From Octopus vulgaris (taxonomy: Eukaryota), in assembly GCA_951406725.2 (NCBI GenBank), contig OX597818.1:138260001-138324000 (forward strand): a stretch of 64,000 nucleotides of DNA, written 5' to 3'. The position numbers and the translations under genes are program-made. Below the pieces are notes generated by a model that saw only the letters and a program-made list of their open reading frames with translations, was not told the DNA's origin and did no database searches. Every line of letters begins with the position of its first letter. Position 1 is the stretch's first letter. Below are positions 26,488-42,034 of the stretch, one piece after another.

Positions 26488-26916
26488 CACACACACACGT
26501 ATACAAACAGACAGACACACACATACATGCATGTACGTATTCACAAATATATGTCAGCATTTCAAAATATATATGAGCATTTGTGCGTATATGCGTGTAT
26601 ACGCATATTGCTTGAAGTACATATGCGTTTATACAAACGCGTACAAACAAGCATGCGCATACTCACAACCTTACGAAACTGGCGAATAAGTGAGGGAGGG
26701 AGATGAGATGGAAATCCAGAAATATCCAGTTTTATGTCACGGCAAACACCTCCGGCTACCCTATCTACGATTGTGTGTACATATACTTGGATAATTTTTT
26801 TACTCATTATACGTATATAGATTTTTCTACGCACATACACACATATAAACCAATGCATACATACATACATGCGCATACTCTATATGCATGCATACATGCC
26901 TATTTACATACACATG

Positions 26917-27024
<108 letters not shown>

Positions 27025-27047
27025 CATGTATGCCTGCATATGTTTAC

Positions 27048-27088
<41 letters not shown>

Positions 27089-27167
27089 AGTAGATATATG
27101 CGTGCATATACACACACATATACACATGTTTACATACACATTATATATATGCACATATATACGTATG

Positions 27168-27219
<52 letters not shown>

Positions 27220-27439
27220 AAAAAATCATCACCAACAGCCAAATTGGCAACGGCTGGCGTTGGCATTGAGCGAAGAAAGAAAATCCGCTAAGAACGGCGA
27301 GAGGAATTAATCAGTGTGTCTATAGCTGAGGGCGAAATTCTTGGATTTACAAATGTCTGATATAAATGGTGAAGAATAATAATAAGTAAATAAAAGAAAT
27401 GAATAAATAACTCAAACAAAAAAAAATCAGAACGATAGA

Positions 27440-28740
<1,301 letters not shown>

Positions 28741-28965
28741 TGGACAAACGAAAGAGAAGTTAGTTGGGGTTATATGTATTATCATTTAAAACAGTTTGAT
28801 TCGGCCCCATGCAGATTATAGTTTATCAGACTCATTAGAGGAAACTAGCTCGTCGAGCGCTGGCGACTGAATGGAGAGGATTTGCAAATCCAAGACCGTA
28901 TACAAAGACATATGCATGCGAAGGATTACACATATTCATATGCACTGTTAGTCATATAAATAGCT

Positions 28966-29015
28966 GGATGCGCTGATGACGGGTGAATACTCAGAAACTC
29001 GGGTCCATGTGTATC
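28966..29015 (+). ncRNA. Type I hammerhead ribozyme-like motif (Penelope pLTR-type), partly degenerate
   Basis: CTGATGA (28973-28979), stem II GGGT-gaat-ACTC, GAAA (28994-28997), minimal stem III ACT-cg-GGT, GTC triplet (29003-29005); TATAAAT just upstream. Confidence 0.55.
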
Positions 29016-29169
29016 ACGTCAGGCTGGAGATGGCAACGATGACTTCCCTTTGCAAATACTGATAGGGCACAGATAGTGTGTCAATAGCCAGCTGGATGAG
29101 ATGTGTTCCTGGGGCTTCAAGCTACAGTAGCATCAACGCTTAAGGGTTAGCCACATTTAGGTGGCAATA

Positions 29170-29835
29170 TACTTTACGGTCACAAAAGTACAGCTCCCAA
29201 AATTACTGCAGAGCTTAATGACCACTTCGAGAACCCAGTTTCCACAAAAACTGTTCGCCGGGAGCTGCACAAAGTCGGATTTCACGGGAGGGCTGCAATC
29301 AGGAAAACCACTACTTTCGAAAACAAACATTGCAAAGCGTTTAGAGTGGAGTGAAAAACCTACAGAATTGGTTCCTAGAGCAGTGGGAGAATGTTATTTT
29401 CTCGGACGAGTCATCCTTGACCTTATTTCCGACCACCAGCCGAGTATACGCCTGGAGACAGCCGAAAGAAGCATTTGATCCAGACTGTCTTCTTCCAACT
29501 GTTAAACATGGAGGAGGATCTGTGGTGATCTGGGATGGCTATATCTTAGAAATTCACCGGCCCAATGTTTTCCCTTCATGGCAGAATTAATAGTCAAGAC
29601 TATTTAAGTTTTTTATCTTATGTTCATACTATGCTTGCGGAACTGTTTCCGGAGGGAAACGTAATCTTTCAGGATTATAATGCACCAATTCACACAGCTA
29701 AAGTTGTTACTGAATGGCACGAAGAACATTCTAGTGAAGTTGAACATCTTATCTGGCCACTACAGTCCCCAGATCACAATATTATTGAGCATTTAGGGTG
29801 CATTTTAGGAAAGCAAGTAAGGAGTCGATATCTTC
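29170..29835 (+). pseudogene. Tc1-family DD34E transposase remnant (frameshifted)
   Basis: VSTKTVRRELHKVGFHGRAA, WENVIFSDES, PTVKHGGGSVVIW, IFQDYNAPIH and WPLQSPDHNIIEHL in successive frames. Confidence 0.93.
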
Positions 29836-29874
29836 CGATACAGCTTGGCACCAGTGACTTTGCAACTAATTTCT

Positions 29875-30110
29875 ACGGATGAGTGAACTGGAGCAACGTG
29901 AAACAAAGTGTCATGCTCAAGAACACACCATACAGCGCTGTACGGGAATTGAACTCACTACCTCGTGATTGTGAGCCCGACACGCTAACCACTGAGCCAT
30001 GAAATAAAATGCCTTACTGAAAGATGCAATGCTTAATGCTATCAAGGAATCGAACCCACGATCTTTGGAGATCGTGAGCCTAACACTCTAACCACTAGGC
30101 CACATGTCCT
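29875..30110 (-). mobile_element. Two CORE-type SINE head fragments
   Basis: GAACTGGAGCAACGTGAAA..GCTCAAGAACAC..GGAATTGAACTC..CTAACCACTGAGCCA. Confidence 0.7.
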
Positions 30111-30194
30111 TCTCAGCTATGTGTGCTACCATTATCGTTCCAGCTTCTCAAAGCTGACGAAAACAGATGCTGGCAATTATCTATCCCAACATCT

Positions 30195-30520
30195 GTGAAG
30201 GCACATGGCTTAGTGGTTAAGGTATTCAGTTCATGATCGTAAGGTCATGACTTCAAGTCACAACGACGCGTTGTGTCCTTGAGCAAGTTACTTTATTTCA
30301 CGTTGCTCTAGTCCACTCAGCTGGCAAAAATGAGAAGTACCTGCATTTCAAAGGTCCAGCCTTCTCACACTCTGTATCACGCTGAATCTCCCTGGGAACT
30401 ACGTTAATGGCACATGTGTCTGTGGAGTGCTGAGCCACTTGCACATTAATTTCACAAGCAGACTGCTCCGTTGATCGGACCAATTGAAACCCTCATCGTA
30501 GTAACCCACGGAGTGCCAGT
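30195..30520 (+). mobile_element. SINE with a CORE-type head and the SINE-R 3' half
   Basis: GTGTCCTTGAGCAAG CORE-like motif; 3' half colinear with 598-780; TSD TATCCCAACAT / TATTCCAACAT. Confidence 0.85.
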
Positions 30521-31222
30521 GGTATTCCAACATTTTATATCTCTCTTTCGAAATTCGCTGGCCTCGTACCTCCTCCACCGGGCACGCCCGAGGCATCCGT
30601 CTCTCGCCCTCGCGTCACCCCATAATGTGTCCATCCCATTCCACCCCACCCAAAACCCTACACTAATCACAACACCCAGTCCTTTCTGCGCAGAATGCCG
30701 TTCGACTGGCATTCTTATATGCTTTCCTTGCAAATGTCGACGTCATAATGGCATCTATATCTACACGCAACTACATAGAGCTAGCAAAAACATGGTACAT
30801 GCTACCAAAACCAGTCTTCCTTCTAGTCGACCATTAACAGCATAAGCTTCACTCTTATCTTAGAGTCTAGGAAATACGAAGCACAATCACTCTCGAGAAA
30901 CCAAATCCAATAAACGGAAAATTAAGATCTCATTTGATAGATGACGATTTAGTGTATTATGCTGGATGGAGGAAATTCCATGTTATGCAGCCGTCTGGTA
31001 TGTTATGCAGTTACATAAACTGACAAATATAACTCAATCAAATCTACCCGGATCCCAAATAGCTTCAGTAATGGGGTCAGATGAATAAATAAATAGATAA
31101 ATAAATAAAGCTGTGATCCCTAAACTTGTTCTCCAACGATAATGAAATGATAGACATAACCGAGATAGACAGTAAGAGATCAAATAATTGTTGTACGGCG
31201 CCATAATAGTAGTTGTAGTAGT

Positions 31223-31287
<65 letters not shown>

Positions 31288-31297
31288 CAGCAGTAGT

Positions 31298-31331
<34 letters not shown>

Positions 31332-31384
31332 CAGCAGCAGCAGCAGTATAGTAGTAGTAGTAGTGGTCTTCGTCTTTTTTTTCA

Positions 31385-31580
31385 CTGCCGACCTTATCTT
31401 CTTTCTTACTTTTTTTTTTGTTCTTTTCTTCCCTTTTACGATCCCTCTTGATCGAAAACCTACGCCACCCCTTTTTTTTGTTTCTTTTGTTTTTTTGTTC
31501 TTTTCATCCCCCAAAAGAAAAGCTCTACCTTGTAACTTGTCCCATCTGTGTGCAGCCCTGTGTGGCCAATAAAGAAACTT
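31385..31580 (+). mobile_element. LINE 3' end (Tx1/L1-like)
   Basis: AAAGCTCTACCTTGTAA.TTGTCC..TCTGTGTGCAGCCCTGTGTGGCCAATAAAGAAA; second copy at 34465-34612 (-). Confidence 0.65.
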
Positions 31581-31582
31581 AT

Positions 31583-31632
<50 letters not shown>

Positions 31633-31949
31633 AAACTACTACAGTTGCTACTGATGACGATAATGCTGATGATGATGATGGCGATGCTACTGCTTCTGTT
31701 GCTGGTAACAGAATAATCTTCATCACCCCTACAACTCCTACCACCATCACCACAACTCCCACTACTGCGACCACTACAGCAATAACAACAGCAATAACAA
31801 CAGCAACAACAACAACAACTACTACTACTACTACTATAGTAAAAAGTATAACATCAATTACACCTACTGCTATCACATCTGTTCCCACTATTGCTACTAC
31901 TAATATGATCTGTATTATGACTGTTAATTGTGCGGTCAGCGTTTTTTTT

Positions 31950-33360
31950 CCAATAGCAATGGGTTGGTATAATGGTTAAATGACAGCGGAAAAATGCCTT
32001 GCGGTATTTGTTCCGACTATTTTACATCCTAAATTCAAATACCACCGAAATCATCCTAGCTTTTCATCTTTCAGAATCGATAAAACAGAGTACTTGTCAA
32101 GTACCGGGGTCGATTTAGACGACTACCAACCTCCTGCAAAATTTCGAGCTATGTTAGAAGAAATTATTTTTAACCTTCTTCAAAGTCCAAGCCTTGGCAA
32201 TCATCGTAGTGAGAAGTTCAAACGAGTGTGTGCCAGAGCTAAGCCGTCGGAGACTTCTAGTCCCCGGTATGGCCACCGAAGGTGGACAGGTCTGACATCG
32301 GCTGTGCTAGGGTCGCAACCTGGCTAACTAGAAGGCAATGGTGAATTCCGGGCGGCGTTAGTTATGAAATTCGTTGGCTTCTTGGTGGTGTTGGATCGCG
32401 TCTACGGGTATCCTGCGGCGAAAAGGCGTAACACGATGATGACCTGCCACCGGTCGTGTATTGTAGCCTATGAATACAGACAGGAACTGTTTTCGCGAGC
32501 TCTGATCGTCTCTTGAAACTCCTATGAACTCACGACATAGGATCCGGTTTAACCTCTCCCGAGTGAAGAAGACAATTATTAGCGCGCTGGGTGAAATGCT
32601 TAGCGGCATTTCGCCCGTCGCTACGTTCTGAGTTCCAATTCCGCCGAAGTCGACTTCGTCTTTTATCCTTTCAAGATCGATGAATCAAATACCAGTTGAG
32701 TACTGGGGTCGATGTAATCGACGTAACCCATCCCTCCAAATGTCAGGCCTTGTGCCTATAATAGAAAGGATTATTACGGTGGGTTGGCACATCGTTAGCA
32801 TGTCAAAGAAAATGCTCAGAGACATATATTCCAGATTTCTACGATCTGAGTTCGTATTCCTTTGAGTTCAACTTTGCCTTTTATCCTTTTAGGCTTGATA
32901 AAACTGAGTATTGAGGTCGATGTTTCGGCTGTTAACAGACCAAGTAAAATGTTTAGGGGCATTTTTGACGTCCTTACGTTCTGAGTTCAAATTCCGCCAA
33001 GGTCGACTTTGCCTTTCACCCTTTCGGGATTGATAAAATAAGTACCAGTTGAGTACCAGTTGAGCACTGAGTTCGATGTAATCGACTATCCCACTCCCCC
33101 CTCAAAATTTCAAGCGTTGTGCCTATTGTAGAAAGGGATGATTATTATTATTATTGTTGGCTCAATTGTTAGAACGTTGGGCAAAATGCTTAGCGGCATT
33201 TAGTCTGTCTTCATGTTCTGAGTTCAACTTGCAACAATGTCGACTTTGTTTTCGTCCTCTCGAGGTTGATAAAATAGGTACCAGTTGAGCTTTGGGGTCG
33301 ATGTAATCGACTAGCCCCCACTCCTCCAAAACTGCTGGCCTTGTGCCAAAATTTGTAACA
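31950..33360 (+). mobile_element. Head-to-tail cluster of ~5 diverged SINE-M copies with an unrelated element at 32169-32573
   Basis: Repeated AAATGCTTAGCGGCATTT..TTCTGAGTTC..GTCGAC..GTACCAGTTGAG motifs. Confidence 0.8.
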
Positions 33361-33369
33361 ATTTATTAA

Positions 33370-33438
<69 letters not shown>

Positions 33439-33739
33439 CTTCGTGGTTAATTGTGATAGTTTATGTTATTAGAAAGTTGGATAGAATTATATACTTTCTC
33501 AATTTTCTCCCTCTCTCCCTCTCTCTCTCTCTCTTTCTCTCATGCACACACACATACATATATACATACATACATACATACAGACATACATACAGACAGA
33601 CGTGTGTGCATGCATGTACCACCGCAAATACGCTATCTTAAAGATAACGAATTTTAAATGCATGTATATATATGTTACACTCTCTCGCTTTCTCTTCCTT
33701 TCTCTCTTTCCCTTTCTCTATCTCTGTTTCTGTTACTCC

Positions 33740-33774
<35 letters not shown>

Positions 33775-33794
33775 ACACACATACATATATACAT

Positions 33795-33848
<54 letters not shown>

Positions 33849-34388
33849 TCTTATATATATATATGTATATATGCGCAAGCAAATTTATACATATATATAT
33901 ATATATATAAAATTCGCTTGCGCACACAGAAAGCAGGTGCTTGAGACAAGAGACGCTAGAAATAACAGAGGTGGGAGAAAGATCAATCAATCGATAGTTA
34001 GATGTCTAGGAAACAAACTGACAAATATTTATTGGCAGACAAACGGATCGGGATAGCATTGACAAGAAGACAAATAGAGAAGGGAGACGGGCGGACGGTA
34101 TGACAGAAGGTTATAGATACAAAAAGTATTGCTGGGGTGGAGCATGCAGGGAGGGTGAGAGAGAGAGGGGGGTAGGGGATAAAGGTAGAGACAGACAGAG
34201 ACACTGGCAGAGAGATGGATGGAGATACAAAGAGAGATAGATAGATAGATAGACAGGCAGATAAGTAGGCGGACAGACAGATAGGTAGACAGGTAGATAT
34301 ATATAGGCAGATAACGTGATAGATAGGGAGGCAGACAGACAGATAGACAGACAGACAGACAGACAGACAGGTAGATAGATAGATAGAC

Positions 34389-34463
<75 letters not shown>

Positions 34464-34464
34464 G

Positions 34465-34612
34465 ATATTTCTTTATTAGCCACACAGGGCTGCACACAGA
34501 CAGGACAAATTACAAGGTAGAGCTTTTTCTTTTGGGGGTAAAAAAAGGGGGTTTGGTTTCCGATCAAAAGGGATCGTAAAGGGAAAGAAAGAGGACAAAA
34601 AAAGGGGAGAAT
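34465..34612 (-). mobile_element. LINE 3' end (Tx1/L1-like) inserted in (GATA)n
   Basis: Reverse-complement homolog of 31385-31580; flanked by GATA repeats on both sides. Confidence 0.7.
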
Positions 34613-34684
34613 AGATAGATAGATAGATTCGTAGACAAATAGATAGACTGGTAGACAAATAGATAGATTGATAGACAGACAGAC

Positions 34685-34765
<81 letters not shown>

Positions 34766-34816
34766 CACAGACACACAGACAGACAGACACACAGACACAC
34801 AGACACACAGACAGAC

Positions 34817-34897
<81 letters not shown>

Positions 34898-36203
34898 CCC
34901 ATATCGATATAGATATAAAAATAGATAGATAAAAAACTTAAGATATAAACAGTCAAACAGACGAACATTAAACGCTCGTCACCCTCCACCACATTTAATC
35001 TACCACCTCCGCCTACATCACCAACACCACTACAACCGCAGCCGTTTCCACCATACCACCACCACCTCCACCACAGCCGCCACCACCGTTACCTCCACGA
35101 CCCACACACCCATACATACATACATAGATATGCGCAAATAGAAAATTGTAATAGTGCGAAGTTGCCCAGGAGGAAGGAAGAGACACTTCACGATAATGTT
35201 ACCAAAGTGACTTGTTATCTTATAACACCACCGCTTTCCCTTCTTCTTCTTCTTCAACCTCCACCACCCCTCCGTCGTTGTCTCCTTGCACCCCTGCTCC
35301 ACTACCGCCACCATCCGCGGCACCACTGGCACCTCCGCCATCGTCCGCCATCGTCACCCCGGCCGTCTCCACCAGCGGAGCAACTATATGAAGCAGTCAT
35401 GCGTAACACAGTTTCCGCTACTCGTCCAATGAAACTACTTTACTTAACAAAAGAACGTCAGTTTAAGCAGGGAAGACTTTTTTTTTTTTTTGCCAACGTC
35501 CAACCCACCAAAACCCGACACAATCCAAAACCCCCAACACGCCGTTCGTTCTACCACCTTCCTCTAACCCAAACGCCCCCCCCCCCAACCGTCCCACCCA
35601 ACTGCCACCGCCGCCCCGTTTTCTATCCCAGCGCCGATTCCATCCCAGCGCCGATTCTAGCGACACCTCTTTCCTAACGTGGAGCACAGAAATAAGAATA
35701 ACTCGAAACAAGAACAATAACAACAACAACAACAACAACAATAACGCCACCCCACCGTCAAAAGCATGCGACTGGCCCCAAGGGCGATGGATGTGTGCGC
35801 AAATGTTGAGGCTACCCACATTTTTGCACACAACACACACAGACACTTCCCTTCACACGTACAACTATTTATGTGTGTAATATATGTGTGTATGTATGTA
35901 TGTATGTATGTATGTATGTATGTATGTATGTATGTATGTATGTATGTATGTATGCATGCGCGAGCACAGACACTCATGTGTTTATACATACATACACATG
36001 AATACGTATGAAAGCTTAGATGTATACATAGATGCAATCTCATCTACATGTTCATCCGTATGTATATACAATTAAATATTTATATATAAATAGGTATAAT
36101 GAATAACTACAATGTATATTATATATAGATATATATACATACATACGTATGCACATATATATACATATATATATGCATATCTATATGTATGTATATATAT
36201 GTA

Positions 36204-36266
<63 letters not shown>

Positions 36267-36603
36267 GTATGTATGTATATAAAAACATATATATGTATAT
36301 ATGGACATATACTTATAAACTATATCAATTATCTACTTATATTTAATATATGTCTATACATATGTATGTGTTATACACAGGTTTGTCTTTGTGTGTGCGT
36401 ATATGTACATACATACATGCATACATACATACATACATACATACATACATACATACATACATACATACATACATACATACATACATACATACGTAAAGAC
36501 ATTATATCCTGAAGCATGAGTTGATGCTGTAGTTATTGGCTTTCCAGTAGTTTAAGACAGCATGACAACGACGACACAAACGTTCGTCTTGTCAATAAGT
36601 TGT

Positions 36604-36639
<36 letters not shown>

Positions 36640-37269
36640 CAGCAGTGGTGGTGGTGGCGGTGGTGGGGATTGGTTTAGTGGTTGTGGTTGTGGTGTAGGG
36701 CCCAACGGTTGTAGTAATAGTGGTGGTAATAGTGATAATGTTGATCTAGGAACAATCACAGCCATCATCACCTGACTCGGTGTCATCATCATCATCATCA
36801 TCGTCATCATCATCATCATCATCATCGTCGTCATCGTTATCATTGTCGTCGTCGTCGTCATCATCATCATCATCATCATCCTAATCCTCATCGTTGTCAT
36901 CATTGCTACCGTCATCATCATCGTCGTCGTCATCATCATCATCATCATCCTAATCATCATCATTACCATCATCATCATCGTCGTCGTCATGATCACTTCA
37001 TCATTATCATCGTCATCATCATGGTCGTCGTTGTCGTCATCATCATTATCATCATTATCATTATCACCGTAACCATCATCATCATTATCATCGTAATCAT
37101 CATCATTGTCACCGTCATCGTCATTATCTGCATAGAAATGAAGATTACAATCGCAAACACTACAATATTCTTCATTTCCCAGATACTTTAAAGTTATGCC
37201 TTTGCTAGCGGTGCTGTGTTACACGCATGCGTACACACAGACATAAACACACACATCACATGTATGTAT

Positions 37270-37318
<49 letters not shown>

Positions 37319-37371
37319 CCTGCATAGAAGAAATCCGAACATGGTAAACTTAACTATTCAAAAACAACAGT

Positions 37372-37850
37372 TTGAACTGTAAAGTTACAAAGAAGTGGGG
37401 TGTGATTATTTTCACGCAATTTAAGTGGTTTGTGTTCCCACCAGTTTCTATCATGGAGCAGATCCAGGTCCTTGAAAATTCCTCAGTAAATATACAGTGC
37501 TACTCTATCATGCTTGTTGAGATACTCTGTCGGCGCAAGAAGGCTGAACATCGAGACATGATCGATGGTTTATGTCTATTGTTTACATACACGACATGAG
37601 CTACTGCGGTTCTTTAAGATGTTGACCTGGTAGCTTCTTGTAGGTTGGCATTGATCTTGGGCTGCTTTGATAAACCCTTCTGTTTCTGATTTTAAGCCGG
37701 AAGACACTAACCATTGATGAGAGAGGGCTTTGCCAACATTACCATTATTAGCTCTCTTGCCATTTATCAGTGAGAATATCTAGGGAGCAGTCTTAGCAAT
37801 GGTTTTCCTATTAAGGGTTAGATATTGTTAATTTGATGCATTTTTGTTTA
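37372..37850 (-). pseudogene. Old R4/Dong-clade non-LTR fragment (post-RT region and zinc knuckle)
   Basis: Minus strand: HQWLVSSGLKSETEGFIKAAQDQ..CRVCKQ*T*TIDHV..LAPTEYLNKHDRVALYIY*..NWWEHKP. Confidence 0.88.
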
Positions 37851-37984
37851 TTCCATGTTAAACTTGTTTATACTCAAAATACTCACAACACACACCCATA
37901 CACACACACACACACATTCTTTGTTTTGTCCTGTACTGCCCATAATGTTTCTCTTAATGTAAACTCTTTGAGGTTGATAAAGAA

Positions 37985-38022
<38 letters not shown>

Positions 38023-38042
38023 TATTGTTATTATTATTATTA

Positions 38043-38725
<683 letters not shown>

Positions 38726-39210
38726 TCTTATTAAGGCGGTGAGCTGGCAGAATCGTTGGCATGCCCTACAATATGCTTAGCGGCATTTCGATAAAATAAG
38801 TATCGGTGAAGCACGGAAGTCAATGTAACTGATTTTCCCATCCCTCAAATTTGCTGGCCTTGTGTTCAAATAAGAAAGGATTATTATTATTATCATTAAA
38901 GGCTAAACAAATCTATGATTATGTGACTATAAATAAAGGAGAAGAGCCTAGAAAACGACACTTTTGATCTTTTTGATGAAACAGGAGTCACGCGGGTATT
39001 TTGCGCAGGATTTCTCAAATTACTCTAGGTTGTACCTCCAGCTACCCAGCTTCTAGGAGGGGTGGGGAACATTTCCTTGTTGACATATTACTGATATCTA
39101 TTGTGTTTTGCTGGATTCTCCTTTTTGCTCCTCGATTTACAAATCACGATTGAGTTGTTTGTCGTTCTTTAACGTCTAGAGATCTTGAGGCCAATAAAGG
39201 AAACACTTAC

Positions 39211-39283
<73 letters not shown>

Positions 39284-39619
39284 TTCCAAATCCAATTGCT
39301 GTCTAATGCTGTGTTAATAAGACCGTTCCTGATGGAAAAAAAAAAACAAAGAACAAAACAATAAGTGATGTCCACAATCTTAAATGTCCAACGATTTATG
39401 ATCCGAAACCAGTCATAAAACAGGGCAAATTTCGCCATCCATGTGGAATATTCTTCTACGATGACCTAATCTAATTAGAGACGGAGATGTATGCCTCAAT
39501 GCTGTACATAGATAGACATTGCAAGTTCTTGTCACGGTCGAATTAGTCTTTCATCCTTCTGGTTGCGGTTGAAGGTGGGAATGGAATCATGAAAAATAAG
39601 TAGCAGAGACATACATAAC

Positions 39620-40500
39620 GTATGTATGTATTTATGTATGTATTTATGTATGTATGTATGTATGTATGTATGTATGTATGTATGTATGTATGTATGTATG
39701 TATGTATGTATGTATGTATGTATGTATGTATGTATGTATGTATGTATGTATGTATGTATGTATGTGTGTATGTATGTATGTGTGTATATGTATGTATGTA
39801 TGTATGAATGTATGTATGTATTATGTATGTATGTATGCATGCATGCATGTATGTATGTATTATGTATGTATGTACGTATATATGTATGTGTATGTATCTA
39901 TACTTATATGCATGTATGTATGTATGCATGCATGCATGTATGTATGTATGTATTATGTATGTATGTACGTATATATGTATGTGTATGTATCTATACTTAT
40001 ATGCATGTATGTATGTATGTATGTGTGTATATGTATGTATGTATGTATGCATGCATGCATGTATGTATGTATGTATTATGTATGTATGTACGTATATATG
40101 TATGTGTATGTATCTATACTTATATGCATGTATGTATGTATGTATGTATTATGTATGTATGTATGTAAGCATGTAAGTATGCATGTATGTATTATGTATG
40201 TATGTACGTATATATGTATGTGTATGTATCTATACTTATATGCATGTATGTATGTATGCATGCATGCATGTATGTATGTATGTATTATGTATGTATGTAC
40301 GTATATATGTATGTGTATGTATCTATACTTATATGCATGTATGTATGTATGTATGTATGTAAGCATGTAAGTATGCATGTATGTATTATGTATTATGTAA
40401 GCATGTATGTATGTAAGCATATAAATTTATATGTATGTATGTGTGTATGTATGTATGTATATATGTATGTATGTATGTACGTATGTATGTATGTATAAGT
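39620..40500. repeat. (TATG)n with a ~93-122 bp higher-order unit repeated 5 times
   Basis: CTATACTTATATGC at ~39898, 39991, 40113, 40230 and 40323. Confidence 0.9.
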
Positions 40501-40802
40501 AACGTATGCAAGATGGCGACGTTTCAGAAGATGGATGCTGCTGGTAATAAAGATGGCGGTGTTGGTGGTGGCAATGTTGGATCAGAAGTGGAGGGATAAA
40601 GCAAAAAAAAATAAAATGAAACAAAATAATAAAATAAGTTAAAACAGAATAAAATAAACAGTCATCTCACATCATCATTTATAGTCTTTGTCTAATGTAC
40701 GCAATCAAAAGTCACAAAAGGAAATGAGAGTAGCCATGTTAGTTAGCGGCAATAAATACCTCCCGCTTGATTTCCTTATTTCAAGGTCGATCATTGTATC
40801 GT

Positions 40803-40990
40803 AAAGTTGTGGCGGCAAAGTTAACAGCATACATAACGAGATGTTCTCCCAACTGTCGTCTATCGTTTGCTGGTTCCAGTTGGACTGATTTCAGGAAGAC
40901 TACTGCCCTATGGAGAGAAATATATTATTTACGTGTGTGTGTGTGTGTGTGTGTGTATATTATCTATATATTCATATATGTATATATATG

Positions 40991-41030
<40 letters not shown>

Positions 41031-41292
41031 TGTATGTATATATACATATATATATACATATATACATGTATATATATATATGTATATATATATATATGCA
41101 TGTATGTATATATACATATATATATATACATGTATATATATGTACATATATATTTACATATATATCTATATATCTATATATGTACAATTATATATGTATA
41201 TATATATTTGTGTATGTGTGTGTGTTTGCATATATATATATATACACGTATATGTATATATATAATATTCATATAATTATTATATGTACATA

Positions 41293-41350
<58 letters not shown>

Positions 41351-41958
41351 TGTGTAAATATATATGTAAAGATATATATATATACCTATACGTATAAATG
41401 TCTGTATATCTATAAGCATATATAGATATATATGCATGTACATTTATATACATATAACGAGTGAGTGGAAGGTTGAAAGATATTTTTAATGTACATGCAT
41501 GTGTGCATGTTTATATGTACGTATGAGTGTGTGATTGTGTATGTATGTGTGTGTACCTAAATATATAAATATACCGTAGATTGATCGATAGATATGCTGA
41601 TAGATAGACAGGTGTTCTATGTGTGTGTGTGTGTGTGTCTCCGAGTGTATGTATGTTTCTGTGTGTGCGTACACGCGCGCTCGTGGGTGTATGTACATAA
41701 TTTAATGATGCTTCTCTTGTCTTAACCTCTGTACTTGTCTTCGGGTCTTCATGTCTGATTGAAGTTGATCTTCCATGAGAGAAAGAAAGAGAGAGAGAGA
41801 GAGAGAGAGTGTGTCTGTGTGAGAGAGAGAAAGTGTGTGCGTGAGAAAGAGAGAGGAGAAAAAGTGAGCAAGAAAGAAAGTACTGTTCGAGAAAGTGAGC
41901 GGGAGAGCGAAACAGAGGTAAAGACAATGAGCGAAAAAGGAGGGTGAGAGACATGAGA

Positions 41959-42034
<76 letters not shown>

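Noticed and set aside
35162-35677. 171-aa Pro-rich ORF
   Set aside because: C-rich low-complexity sequence crossing a poly-T run, non-ATG start, no recognisable homology.
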